A DNA stretch of 64,000 nucleotides from a virus (lineage: Duplodnaviria > Caudoviricetes). Location of the stretch: the IMG/VR virus record IMGVR_UViG_3300042885_001472; one strand, 5' to 3'. The notes below the pieces were generated by a model. The model worked only from the letters and a program-made list of their open reading frames with translations, was not told the origin of the DNA and ran no database searches. The position numbers and the translations under genes are program-made. Below are positions 9,985 through 20,274 of this stretch, in pieces. Numbering within the stretch: position 1 is the stretch's first letter; each line of letters begins with the position of its first letter.

Positions 9985-10344
9985 TTATCCAGGGTTAACG
10001 TACTGATTTATATTAGCACCAATAATTGGTTGTGTGTATTCATTACCAGAACCATTTTTATATTTATTACCCTTAAGATTATTAATCCTACCAGTACTAA
10101 TGTCCGAGTCATTTCCAAAGATATCTTGATACCCACCAGCACCTGTGATGTTATCTGGATTAGTATCTAAATAAATACCAGTACCTTTACCTTTTAAATC
10201 TCGTGGATCGTCCGATCCGTGATCATGAGCTTTTGAGTTTGGATGTGTAGATGAATAATTTTTAGCATTATCACTACTATTATACACATTCTTAGGGGCT
10301 AATTTATCCCTTTGTTCTTTTCCGATTTCTTCTAATCTTGACAT
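9985..10344 (-). CDS. Hypothetical protein
   Basis: 119-aa ORF in an operon; N/G/D-rich. Confidence 0.7.
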   Translation of the reverse strand: MSRLEEIGKEQRDKLAPKNVYNSSDNAKNYSSTHPNSKAHDHGSDDPRDLKGKGTGIYLDTNPDNITGAGGYQDIFGNDSDISTGRINNLKGNKYKNGSGNEYTQPIIGANINQYVNPG

Positions 10345-10349
10345 TTTAA

Positions 10350-10763
10350 TTAAATTTTACTTTCATATATTATTAGTTTTTTGATTCGTTCTATCTCTTC
10401 ATAAATAGCTTCATCATTAAATATTCTATCAGATGTGTTAGCTACTTTTGTTGGTTTAATACCAGAATTAGTTAAATCAAAATTATTTTTATCTTTACTA
10501 TGTGTTTTCTTAAATCCATTACCTAAACCATACTCACTCTTAATTTTAGATTTTAATTTAATACCACTTCGATCACTTTTTAAATTATTTTCAACAAAAT
10601 TTTTCATACTATCACCACCATACTTTTTACAAGTAGGATCTATTTTTTCATAATGATTTTTAATTTTCTTTAAATACTCATATGAAATATCCTCTGAACC
10701 CATAATTTCACTTAGGTCTTTAGGTAATTTATATTTTTTATTTCTTAGTTTTGAATTCGCCAT
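10350..10763 (-). CDS. Hypothetical protein
   Basis: 137-aa ORF; C-terminal EEIERIKKLIIYE. Confidence 0.7.
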   Translation of the reverse strand: MANSKLRNKKYKLPKDLSEIMGSEDISYEYLKKIKNHYEKIDPTCKKYGGDSMKNFVENNLKSDRSGIKLKSKIKSEYGLGNGFKKTHSKDKNNFDLTNSGIKPTKVANTSDRIFNDEAIYEEIERIKKLIIYESKI

Positions 10764-11376
10764 TACTAATTTTATTTATCAATTCTTCTTTATAGTCATC
10801 TGGTATTTCTACATTTGGGATCATATTCAATAAATGATTTAATATAATCGCTAATTCCTCACCGGTAACAGATTCTTTTTTCATTAAATCACCCAAAAAT
10901 AAAGTTTTTCTCGCTAAGATAGGTTTTTGATGTTTATCTTTTAATTCAGTAAATAATGGTATGTTTTCATTTCTTGATGAAACTTCATAATTATCATAAT
11001 TACTAACAAAATCATTATCATCATAAGAACTTCTTCTCATAATATCTTCAATCATATTTTTTACCTTATTCTCAGCGATAGTATCAAGATCACCCTTTGT
11101 TTTATCTTCAACACTTTCTTTATAAAATTGACGCCCATATCTAGAGTTATAATAAAATCTTGGACCTTGGGATGTTTTTCTTGAAAATTCTCTACTTGTT
11201 TGGGGATTATTCCAACCGGTAGTTATTTTATCTGTACCACTATTTTCATCACCATCTACTAACCCACCATCCTCATCAACTAATTCGTCAATAATTTTTA
11301 CCTTTTTTTTAGTATCATTCACAACCTTTTTGGTGTGAAATTCTTTTTTTAAATCTTTTTTAGTTAAAATTTTCAT
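10738..11376 (-). CDS. Hypothetical protein
   Basis: 212-aa ORF; ATATTTAT on the sense strand 20 nt upstream. Confidence 0.75.
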   Translation of the reverse strand: MKILTKKDLKKEFHTKKVVNDTKKKVKIIDELVDEDGGLVDGDENSGTDKITTGWNNPQTSREFSRKTSQGPRFYYNSRYGRQFYKESVEDKTKGDLDTIAENKVKNMIEDIMRRSSYDDNDFVSNYDNYEVSSRNENIPLFTELKDKHQKPILARKTLFLGDLMKKESVTGEELAIILNHLLNMIPNVEIPDDYKEELINKISNGEFKTKK

Positions 11377-11396
11377 AGGTTCAATACTTATTTATG

Positions 11397-11422
11397 ATAA
11401 ATATGTTGATAAAGATATTTAT
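11397..11422. promoter_or_regulatory. Divergent pair of ATATTTAT elements (candidate late promoters)
   Basis: ATAAATAT at 11397-11404 (minus sense) and ATATTTAT at 11415-11422, each about 20 nt before the divergent ATGs. Confidence 0.55.
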
Positions 11423-11441
11423 TACATAAAGATATATTGAT

Positions 11442-13100
11442 ATGAGTAATTTTAGAACACAAGTTAATTTTTCGTCACAGATAAAAGAATATCCAAATAC
11501 TGATGGTACACTTTCAGGTTCTGTTAATGTCCAACAATATACTATTTTAGGGACAGACTATTTAGACCTACCTTTAGGGTTAGATAATACTAGTACCGGT
11601 ATTACTGCGACTTACGGACCAATAATTAATGGGACTTTCACAGGTACTACCGGTAGTACCACTTTTTATTTTAATGATAGTAATATGGATATTGCCGGAC
11701 CTTATTTATCCGCGATAACGGCTTCTAATAGTGGACTAACTCAACATGTTGACGCTTTTAGTATAACTAATACTATAATCGTTGATGGTAATAGTTTTGA
11801 CATCTATTATAGTGGTGTGTCTTTTGATATGACACCAACAAACCTAGATGAATATTCTCCAGGTGAGTTTTCAGGGGGAACTTTCACTAATGTATTAAAC
11901 TACCTTTCCGGAACAACATACCCTTGGTGGTTTTTAAAGTCTGGTTCAACAACTTGGAATGAAGTTAAGGGTAGAACCCAAACAGATCGTTTAACCATTA
12001 TTGATGGGGCGAATACCGATTACGTCTTAATATCATCTAACTCAAATGGTGACGCTATTTGGCGACCATTGGACTTTGTAATTTCTGGGGGTTGTTTATC
12101 GGATGTTTGTATTAAAGGAATTTTATCTTTGATAAGAGATTTATATATAAAAGGTTTAACATTTGGTACTGGTGGTAGTGATGTCGGCTCAACTGGTACA
12201 ACATATGTGACAAATACAGCTGGAGGTAAGGATGTTTTATTTTATAACTCCACTGGTATTAGAAATACTGGTTTTGGTAGTGAAGTGTTAAGTGCTAATA
12301 CTATAGGTTATTCCAATACTGGTCTTGGTACTTACGCACTTAAAAGTAATAGTACTGGTATTGATAATACTGCCATTGGTACTTATTCATTAGAATCAAA
12401 CACTATAAATGGTGGTAATACGGCCATTGGTTCTGGTTCTTTACAAAGTAATACTATTGGTTATGGTAATACTGGAATAGGTTATAATTCTATACCTAGT
12501 AATATTGATGGTTATGTTAATACTGGGTTAGGGATATATGCGTTACATGATAATGTTAGTGGTTATGAAAATGTTTCTGCTGGTCACTACTCTTTATTCC
12601 AAAATACTACTGGTTATCAAAATACTGGTATAGGGAATCAATCTATAACTTCTAATACCACTGGTAACATAAATACTGGTATTGGTTATGGTGCTTTAGG
12701 TGGTAATACAATAGGTTTAGGTAACACATCAATAGGTTGGGGTTCTGGACTTAGTAACACTACAGGTAATTATAACACTTTTTTAGGTTTAGGTAGTGAT
12801 TGTATCACCACCAACTTAACAAACGCTACCGCTGTAGGTTATAACGCCATTGTTGATCAAAACGATTCAATGGTATTAGGTAATGGTGTTATAAATGTTG
12901 GTATAGGTATAAGTACACCAACCTCAACATTACATTTAATAGGTCTTAGTGGTTTTAGTCAATTAAGATTGGAAATTCAATATACACCAACTGGTACTAC
13001 AGATAGTAATGGTAGTCAAGGTGATACAGCTTGGGATGATAGTTACATATACATCAAAACATCAGTTGGCTGGAAAAGATCTGGTTTATCAACATTCTAA
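11442..13100 (+). CDS. Tail fibre/adhesin with 14-aa NTxxG repeats (YadA-head-like beta-roll)
   Basis: About 13 repeats of NT(A/G)xGxx(A/S)LxxNTxG; VGIGISTP motif; C-terminal WDDSYIYIK...WKR. Confidence 0.75.
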   Translation: MSNFRTQVNFSSQIKEYPNTDGTLSGSVNVQQYTILGTDYLDLPLGLDNTSTGITATYGPIINGTFTGTTGSTTFYFNDSNMDIAGPYLSAITASNSGLTQHVDAFSITNTIIVDGNSFDIYYSGVSFDMTPTNLDEYSPGEFSGGTFTNVLNYLSGTTYPWWFLKSGSTTWNEVKGRTQTDRLTIIDGANTDYVLISSNSNGDAIWRPLDFVISGGCLSDVCIKGILSLIRDLYIKGLTFGTGGSDVGSTGTTYVTNTAGGKDVLFYNSTGIRNTGFGSEVLSANTIGYSNTGLGTYALKSNSTGIDNTAIGTYSLESNTINGGNTAIGSGSLQSNTIGYGNTGIGYNSIPSNIDGYVNTGLGIYALHDNVSGYENVSAGHYSLFQNTTGYQNTGIGNQSITSNTTGNINTGIGYGALGGNTIGLGNTSIGWGSGLSNTTGNYNTFLGLGSDCITTNLTNATAVGYNAIVDQNDSMVLGNGVINVGIGISTPTSTLHLIGLSGFSQLRLEIQYTPTGTTDSNGSQGDTAWDDSYIYIKTSVGWKRSGLSTF

Positions 13101-13123
13101 TAATTAAAAATTAAATTACAAAT

Positions 13124-13369
13124 ATGAAACTAAATCCACTTGAAATAATATTAACAGAAGATGATATACAAAAATTAATATCATCAACATTTGATAGTGT
13201 TAATTTAATCAATAATTTAAATAACATCCCCAATAAAACAGAAAATGATGTTAATAGGATTGTTGATAATAAAAAACATTTAGAAATTATATCAAAAAAA
13301 GATTGGTTTATCGCCAATTTAACACCAAGTCAAAAATCTATAGTTGAATCAATTATTTATTCTATTTAA
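13124..13369 (+). CDS. Small hypothetical protein
   Basis: 81-aa ORF between fibre genes. Confidence 0.65.
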   Translation: MKLNPLEIILTEDDIQKLISSTFDSVNLINNLNNIPNKTENDVNRIVDNKKHLEIISKKDWFIANLTPSQKSIVESIIYSI

Positions 13370-13393
13370 CCATTAAGTTAATATTTATATGGT

Positions 13394-14992
13394 ATGAGTA
13401 TAGTTAACAATTATGCGTTTAAAAATTTAAGGTTAAGATTAACTAATGTTAATTATTGGGATTTAGTATTAAGTTCTGACATGAGAGGGTATGATCATAC
13501 TACACTATACTGTAATAATATAATTTCAGGTGATACACTTTTAGTTTATTTTGATTTTAATGATAGTGATTGTGTTAGTGGTCGCACAATTTATAGTTTA
13601 ACCACATGGAAAGACGCCATTTTACCTAAATCTGGCTTGACATTATGTGATATTGGTTTAACTGGTGTTGATAATGGGTTTGTACCAAATTTAACCGGTG
13701 AAACTTTATACATCACTAGTGGAGATCCTAGATTCTATATGACCCAAGTAACGGGTAGCACATATGAATATCCAATTATATTTACTGGAGATTGTTCTGG
13801 TAATTACAGTCAGTTTAATGGTGGGTTTTATCAAGGGTTTTATAAACTTGAAAATTATCCTATTAAAAAAATAAGTGATAATAAATTTTTAGATTGTATT
13901 CCTCACGATAATGATTGTTTAGATAATGTTTGTACTAATGGTTGTAGTTGTCCACCACCAGAATTACCAAATCCAGTAATTGATTATCAAGTTTTACCTA
14001 ATAAATTTAGTGTTGGTTGGACATCAGAATTTTGGTTAAAAAAAGATTCTAACCCTATAATACCTAACAATATATTAAATAGTATTTACCCTAATAATAA
14101 CGGATTTTTTCATACTATGGGGTTAAGAGCTGAAAATAAATTTTGGGATTTTTTCTCCGGAGAAACTGGTCATACAACTTGTTTAGATAGTGGACATACA
14201 TTAAACCCACCTATTTTACATACAGACGCTATGAGTGGGATGAATCCATTTTTATATTACACTTTAAAAAATTGTGATAATCAAACTTGTGATACTTGTC
14301 AATGTTCTGTTTGTGAATGTACAGATACCGGTTCATATCCATATTATGGTGAAAAGGACTATATCACTGATGTTGTAGACAATATAATAGGGTTTAGAAT
14401 TAGAGATGATGGTAGTATAGGATATCGTAAATTATCTTTTAGTGGTCAATGTTCCGGTTCAACTATTGAATGTTGTAGAACAAGTGGTGGTACTTATGTT
14501 ACCGGTTATACTGTTGAAGAATCATATTCAATGTCAGGTATGGTCTCATCAGATAAATGGGTTCATGTTGTAGTTAGATATGACGCGGATTATATGATAC
14601 CGGAAGATAAATTAGATTGCCCTTGTAGTCCATTAAATCCACAATATTGTTCAAGACCTGGTCAACTATCATTTTATATTGATGGTTATTTGAAATATAG
14701 AGTTAGAGTTGTTAAAGAAATGATACCTAAAGGTTTGGATGATTGGCCAGAAAAACAATTAGGTGTTCCATACACTATGAGTTTAGGTGGTGGTACACAA
14801 GGTTTAATTGAAACAAGAACATTTGGTGGTCCTGACCCAAAAGATTATGATTTACCAATACAAGAAAATTTCGCTGGGAGTTTTATGGGGGGGATTTCTA
14901 AGTTTAGATTTTACTCTGAGCCTTTAGATGTCACCCAATTAAGATGTAATTATAAAACGGAAAAAAATAAATATAACACTAAAATTTGTTAA
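13394..14992 (+). CDS. Virion structural protein, LamG/ConA-like fold with Cys-rich insertions
   Basis: WTSEFW, WVHVVVRY, LSFYIDG, FMGGISKFRFYSEPL; several Cys clusters. Confidence 0.65.
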   Translation: MSIVNNYAFKNLRLRLTNVNYWDLVLSSDMRGYDHTTLYCNNIISGDTLLVYFDFNDSDCVSGRTIYSLTTWKDAILPKSGLTLCDIGLTGVDNGFVPNLTGETLYITSGDPRFYMTQVTGSTYEYPIIFTGDCSGNYSQFNGGFYQGFYKLENYPIKKISDNKFLDCIPHDNDCLDNVCTNGCSCPPPELPNPVIDYQVLPNKFSVGWTSEFWLKKDSNPIIPNNILNSIYPNNNGFFHTMGLRAENKFWDFFSGETGHTTCLDSGHTLNPPILHTDAMSGMNPFLYYTLKNCDNQTCDTCQCSVCECTDTGSYPYYGEKDYITDVVDNIIGFRIRDDGSIGYRKLSFSGQCSGSTIECCRTSGGTYVTGYTVEESYSMSGMVSSDKWVHVVVRYDADYMIPEDKLDCPCSPLNPQYCSRPGQLSFYIDGYLKYRVRVVKEMIPKGLDDWPEKQLGVPYTMSLGGGTQGLIETRTFGGPDPKDYDLPIQENFAGSFMGGISKFRFYSEPLDVTQLRCNYKTEKNKYNTKIC

Positions 14993-15005
14993 ATAAAGAA
15001 AAAAA

Positions 15006-15524
15006 ATGGTAACAAAATACATAATAAATAATTTACCTAGTCAAACGATTACTGGTGATTTAAATATTTCTGAAAAAACAGTGGTAACAAGTTTCCAAAT
15101 GACCTCTGGAGCTACAGATGGTTATGTATTAACTTCTGATGTTGATGGTAATGGAACTTGGCAAGTATTAGCCGGAGGTGGTAATACTATAGATGAGTTT
15201 TATATAGAACCATCAACAACAAGTTTTACTTGGGATATTAGTGGTAATAGTACTAATTATAAAATTATTTTAACTGGTAATACAACAATAGATTTAAATA
15301 ATGTTAGAAATGGTGATTATGGTACATTAATCATTCAACAAGATGTTGTTGGTGGTTATGGAATAACACTTGGTAATTTAAATGGTAGTTCTACAAACCA
15401 TTTAGTTGTAGGTAATGGTTCTGGTACTTTAGGTTTGACTGGAACTCCTAATTCAATTGATATACTATCGTTTGTTTATGATGGTACTAATGTTTATTGG
15501 AATAATGGTTTAAATTATACATAA
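15006..15524 (+). CDS. Short fibre/adhesin-like structural protein
   Basis: GATDGYVLTSDVDGNGTW module, then LTGNTTI.L.NV..G..GTLIIQQD..G, IDILSFVYDG. Confidence 0.6.
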   Translation: MVTKYIINNLPSQTITGDLNISEKTVVTSFQMTSGATDGYVLTSDVDGNGTWQVLAGGGNTIDEFYIEPSTTSFTWDISGNSTNYKIILTGNTTIDLNNVRNGDYGTLIIQQDVVGGYGITLGNLNGSSTNHLVVGNGSGTLGLTGTPNSIDILSFVYDGTNVYWNNGLNYT

Positions 15525-15525
15525 T

Positions 15526-16392
15526 ATGAGTAATAGATATTTTTTTAATTCATTATTATCGTTAGATAGTGTTGGTATTAATCCATTGGATTTAAATCCA
15601 TATACATATTTTCAAACTTATAACCCATTATTTTTAACACCAACAACCCCTAACATTGGTGATTCAATAACAGAAATTTATAAGTACAATGATAGTTTAT
15701 ATATCGCTTCAGGGGATACTGGGTGTGTAGGTACTTGGGAAAATTTGGATGGTAAGAATATGATTTATATACCAGGAATTGATGGTGGTTGTTGGCCACC
15801 TCCTTGTTCTGGTACTTGTTCAACCTACTATACAACCAACCAAAATATTAGTTTTATGTCAATGAGTGGTTATGAGTATACAGTATATTTTGTTGGCAAA
15901 CCTTTATCTGGTAATTCTTTTTCAGATGGTCATATATTTAGTGACATTGAAACATCCGTATTATTTGGTGGTAGATACGTATCTATGTATGTTAAAGATA
16001 ATAAAGATATTTATTTTAGGTCTAAACGTTTAGGTATTAATTCTGATGTCATTGACATACCATTTGAAATAAATATTTCTGAAAATGATTTGGAAACTAA
16101 AAATACTAGAGTTTTTTCACTTAGAACTAAAGATCCATTAAATACCACATCGATAGCAGCAACTTCTTATATTAATGGGGTAGAAACAACCGCTATCACA
16201 CAAACAAATGTGAGTAATGTGACAACAGAAAGTTCTATACCATTTTTAATTGGCGCTGGAGCAACAGATGGACCTTCTTATGAAATGTATCAAGGATATT
16301 TTGGAGAATTAATAATTTTTAACACTTATCACGATTTAACAACCCATAATAGTATCATAGATTTCTTAAAAAATAGATGGGGAATTAATTAA
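15526..16392 (+). CDS. LamG/ConA-like domain protein
   Basis: YTVYFVGK, SYING, FLIGA, FQ/YQGYFGELIIFN...IIDFLKNRWGI. Confidence 0.65.
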   Translation: MSNRYFFNSLLSLDSVGINPLDLNPYTYFQTYNPLFLTPTTPNIGDSITEIYKYNDSLYIASGDTGCVGTWENLDGKNMIYIPGIDGGCWPPPCSGTCSTYYTTNQNISFMSMSGYEYTVYFVGKPLSGNSFSDGHIFSDIETSVLFGGRYVSMYVKDNKDIYFRSKRLGINSDVIDIPFEINISENDLETKNTRVFSLRTKDPLNTTSIAATSYINGVETTAITQTNVSNVTTESSIPFLIGAGATDGPSYEMYQGYFGELIIFNTYHDLTTHNSIIDFLKNRWGIN

Positions 16393-16486
16393 AACTCTTT
16401 AGATTAAATAGGTGGAAAAATAAATTTCACTAATACTATTCTTTAAATATTTATTAATAAATAAATTATAGAATAATAATAAAAAT

Positions 16487-17821
16487 ATGTCATTACCATC
16501 GTGTTTAACGTTAAGAACAGTAAAAGGTTCTGTATTATCTTGGGTTGAGTTAGATAATAACTTCATATGTCTAAATAATTCAATAAATAATGTTGCTAGT
16601 TTAATCCATAATGGTAATATGTGGCACATCCCCTCTGGGAATACTGTCACAATAGAGACCGATTATCAATATTTTATATATGGTGATATGATTATTGAAG
16701 GGACATTACAATTAAGTGGTGGAAGTCAATTAGTTGTATTAAATGGGGATCTAATATTTAGTGGTGGTTCTGTAGTTGGTGATGGTGACATATATAACAT
16801 ATCTTTACCGGAATTTGATACAAAAATCAGTGGTTTAACTTATAGTGGTGACACTTTAACTATATATCAGAATGATGGATCAACATATAGTACAACAATA
16901 GTTAGTTCAACAGATATTACGGTGACTGGTGGTACATACAACCCCACAACCGGTACAGCGACATTTTATGATAATAATGGGGGTAATTTTGATGTTAACG
17001 GATTTTTAACAGGTTATACAGATGTGAAAGTATCTGGGTTAACATATAGTGGTAATACTTTAACTTTAACCCAAACTGATGGTAGTAATTTTAATGTCAC
17101 TATAAATTCTAGTACACCATTTACTGGTAATACATCTGGTGATTGTATTACAGATTTATATGTGACAAATTTAAATTCTTGTTCTCCATTACATATCCAA
17201 CCGGTTAACACTGGGGATGTTTATATATCTGAAAATGGTGGTAATGTCGGTATAGGTAATACATCACCCACAAAAAAATTACACGTAAGTGGTGACGCTT
17301 TATTTTCAAGTTCAACTAACAATGTTGTAACAATCATTGGTTCTGGTTCTTCAATGTCATCACCCCTATTTAACGTTCAAGGATCTTCCGGTCAATTATT
17401 CAGTGTATCTGATAGTTTGATTGGTTCATTATTCTCAGTAAATGACATATCTGGTTTACCAGTAATTGAAGCGTTTTCAGATAATACAATATTAATGGGT
17501 GATTTTAATTCACCCTCTTTAAACACCACTAAAAAAGTTGTGGTGAACTCTGGTGTTACATCAATTTATTCAATCCCTTCAAGTGGTTATACAGGAGCTT
17601 TTTATGATTATACAGTATTAAGTGACCTTGGAGCTAGAAGTGGTAATATAATGTCAATATGGAGTGGTACAAGTATTCAATATAGTGAGACCTCAACAAC
17701 AAGTATTGGTGATACTAGTGGAATAATATTTTCAGTTTCATTATCCGGTAATTCTACGATGTTATCAACATCGGCTAATACCAATTCTTGGACTGTTAAA
17801 ACAATTGTAAGATCAATATAA
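16487..17821 (+). CDS. Tail fibre protein
   Basis: N-terminal LTLRTVKGS.LSW.ELDNNF anchor; DxxVSGLTYSG repeats; GNVGIGNTSP motif. Confidence 0.75.
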   Translation: MSLPSCLTLRTVKGSVLSWVELDNNFICLNNSINNVASLIHNGNMWHIPSGNTVTIETDYQYFIYGDMIIEGTLQLSGGSQLVVLNGDLIFSGGSVVGDGDIYNISLPEFDTKISGLTYSGDTLTIYQNDGSTYSTTIVSSTDITVTGGTYNPTTGTATFYDNNGGNFDVNGFLTGYTDVKVSGLTYSGNTLTLTQTDGSNFNVTINSSTPFTGNTSGDCITDLYVTNLNSCSPLHIQPVNTGDVYISENGGNVGIGNTSPTKKLHVSGDALFSSSTNNVVTIIGSGSSMSSPLFNVQGSSGQLFSVSDSLIGSLFSVNDISGLPVIEAFSDNTILMGDFNSPSLNTTKKVVVNSGVTSIYSIPSSGYTGAFYDYTVLSDLGARSGNIMSIWSGTSIQYSETSTTSIGDTSGIIFSVSLSGNSTMLSTSANTNSWTVKTIVRSI

Positions 17822-17822
17822 G

Positions 17823-18491
17823 ATGAGTTTTCATTTTTCACTAAAAATAGTAACAGATGGATTAGTTCTTTATTTAGATGGAGCTAACCCTAAATCATAT
17901 GTGAGTGGTTCTACTATTTGGAATGATATTAGTAAAAATAGTAATAATGGTACATTAACCAATGGACCAACATTTGATACTAGTAATAGGGGATGTATTA
18001 TATTTGATGGTGTTAATGATTATGTGGGGGTAAATAATTTTATAGGAAATCTTAACACATTTTCTGTTAATCATTTTATTTACTTAAACACATCACAAAA
18101 TGGTAAAACAATTTTTAGTAACTTTGGTAATGATAATAATGGATGGGTTACTGGGATTAGTGATAGTCAAACTAATGTTATTAAGTTTTATTTAGGTAAT
18201 ATTGTTCATTTGTATTCTAATACAGTATTACAAAACTTAATATGGTATAGTATTACAATTACTTATAATAATGGGAACCCTAAAATATATATTAATGGTG
18301 TTGAAGACAATTCTAGTTCTACTGTATTGACACCATCTTCTAGTTATTTTGGGAATGATATCGGTAGACTTGGTGATGGTTCACAACACTTTAATGGGGG
18401 AATATCTAACATTCAAGTCTATAATCGTGCTCTAACACCCTCAGAAGTACTTCAAAATTATAATAGTTTAAAAGGTAGATTTGGTTTATAA
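17823..18491 (+). CDS. LamG/ConA-like lectin domain protein (paralog 1)
   Basis: DGLVLYLDGANPKSY, FDGVNDYV, IYING, FNGGISNIQVYNRALT..EVLQNYN. Confidence 0.85.
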   Translation: MSFHFSLKIVTDGLVLYLDGANPKSYVSGSTIWNDISKNSNNGTLTNGPTFDTSNRGCIIFDGVNDYVGVNNFIGNLNTFSVNHFIYLNTSQNGKTIFSNFGNDNNGWVTGISDSQTNVIKFYLGNIVHLYSNTVLQNLIWYSITITYNNGNPKIYINGVEDNSSSTVLTPSSSYFGNDIGRLGDGSQHFNGGISNIQVYNRALTPSEVLQNYNSLKGRFGL

Positions 18492-19207
18492 TGTCAGGAA
18501 AAGTAAGTTCAAAAATAGTAACAGATAGTTTAGTTTTAAATTTAGATGGGGCTAACCCTAAATCATATGTGAGTGGTTCTACCATTTGGAATGATTTAAC
18601 ATACTATAAAAACGATGGGGTTTTAACTAATAATCCAACATATAATTCAAATAATGGTGGAAGTATTGAATTTGATGGTACTAACGATTATGTTAATTGT
18701 GGAAATTCAAATTCTTTAAAATTTTTTGATGGTGATTCATTTACCATATGTTCGTGGGTTAAACCTAATCCTACAATGTCTGCTGGGGTTATTGTTCAAC
18801 ATGGGGGTGAACCAAATAGTGCCACTGGGTTTGCTCTTTATTTAGCATTTGGATATGTTGAGTTCGCTAAATCTAATGTCGCAAACACTGGACAAAATAT
18901 TACAACAACACCTTTTAATAATAATGAATGGAATCATATTTGTTGTTCAATAAAATATTCTGGTTTATCTGGTCAAATTAAATTCTATGTAAATGGTATT
19001 TTAAAATCAACATTTAATGGTTGGAGTGCTAACCCAAATATATCTGACTACACTAGACCATTAAATGTAGGTAGGTCTGAAACTGACGCCTTTTTCAATA
19101 ACCTTCCATTTAAAGGGAATATATCCAACGTGTCAATATACAATAGAATATTATCATCTCAAGAAGTTCTTCAAAATTATAACGCTTTAAAAAATAGATT
19201 TATTTAA
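18491..19207 (+). CDS. LamG/ConA-like lectin domain protein (paralog 2)
   Basis: FDGTNDYV, FTICSWVK, WNHICC, FYVNG, FKGNISNVSIYNRILS. Confidence 0.85.
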   Translation: MSGKVSSKIVTDSLVLNLDGANPKSYVSGSTIWNDLTYYKNDGVLTNNPTYNSNNGGSIEFDGTNDYVNCGNSNSLKFFDGDSFTICSWVKPNPTMSAGVIVQHGGEPNSATGFALYLAFGYVEFAKSNVANTGQNITTTPFNNNEWNHICCSIKYSGLSGQIKFYVNGILKSTFNGWSANPNISDYTRPLNVGRSETDAFFNNLPFKGNISNVSIYNRILSSQEVLQNYNALKNRFI

Positions 19208-19210
19208 AAC

Positions 19211-19483
19211 ATGGAAACACAAGATTACGAAAACAGAAAATTTATGATATTCAATATGTCAGAATTACCAATGATTGATTTTACACAAGTATGTGAAACA
19301 TCTCAAGATACATTAAGGTTTTCCGTTGACGGAACTAAAACATTTGTTAAATGGGATTCAATAGAAATTCCCTCATCAGTAGATTCCCTAACAACAAAAG
19401 AGGGATTGTACACATATGAAGAAATGTTAACAATATTATCCACACCAGAATGGACTAATCCAAATCCATTTCCAATTATATGA
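19211..19483 (+). CDS. Small conserved-looking phage protein, possible fibre accessory
   Basis: IDFTQVCETSQDTLRFSVDGTKTFVKW...YTYEEMLTIL..PEW. Confidence 0.7.
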   Translation: METQDYENRKFMIFNMSELPMIDFTQVCETSQDTLRFSVDGTKTFVKWDSIEIPSSVDSLTTKEGLYTYEEMLTILSTPEWTNPNPFPII

Positions 19484-20217
19484 GTACAATAGGTAATTGG
19501 CGAGGTCCAAATATAATTAAAGATGGTTTATTTTTATATTTAAATCCAAATTCACCTAATTCATTTTATGATACATCAAGTACTATAATAAAAGATATTA
19601 GTGGTAATGGTAATAATGGTACATTAATAAACGGACCAACATATAATTCAAATAATGGTGGTAGTATAGTATTAGATGGTACTAACGATTACCTTAATAC
19701 TAACATAGGAATTAAACCAACCTCAACCACAATAGAAGTTGTTTGTAGTATAATAAGTAATACTTCAATTAAAACTGGTGGTAATACAGTGGCTCAATAT
19801 ATTGTCTTTAGACAAAATACAAGAACTTCTAATTTTGAGGCTGTTGTTCTTAATTATATACAATCTGGGTTAACAGGGTATTTTGAAGGTACTATGTCTT
19901 CCTCTGGTGGGTTAGCTAAACAAGTGTCAACCCCATTAATAAATCTTAATCAAATTTATTCACTCACAGCTACTTACGATTCAAATAACATTACACTATA
20001 TCTAAACGGACAATTTGTATCACAAACATCAACCGGTTTTCCAATTGATTATAATTTAGTTCACACATATAAATTGGGTAGAGCTGACGCTATAGGTCAA
20101 ACATTTGATGGTTATCTTAACGGAAAAATATATGATGTAAGATTTTACGATAGGACACTTACATCTTCAGAAATCCTTCAAAACTATAATTCAACAAAAT
20201 CAAGATTCGGATTATAA
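19480..20217 (+). CDS. LamG/ConA-like lectin domain protein (paralog 3)
   Basis: DGLFLYL, LDGTNDY, LYLNG, LNGKIYDVRFYDRTLT..EILQNYN. Confidence 0.85.
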   Translation: MSTIGNWRGPNIIKDGLFLYLNPNSPNSFYDTSSTIIKDISGNGNNGTLINGPTYNSNNGGSIVLDGTNDYLNTNIGIKPTSTTIEVVCSIISNTSIKTGGNTVAQYIVFRQNTRTSNFEAVVLNYIQSGLTGYFEGTMSSSGGLAKQVSTPLINLNQIYSLTATYDSNNITLYLNGQFVSQTSTGFPIDYNLVHTYKLGRADAIGQTFDGYLNGKIYDVRFYDRTLTSSEILQNYNSTKSRFGL

Positions 20218-20274
20218 AGTAAAGTAACTACATATTTATATTTAAATAATATTGGAAAGTGAAAATATTTTAAA

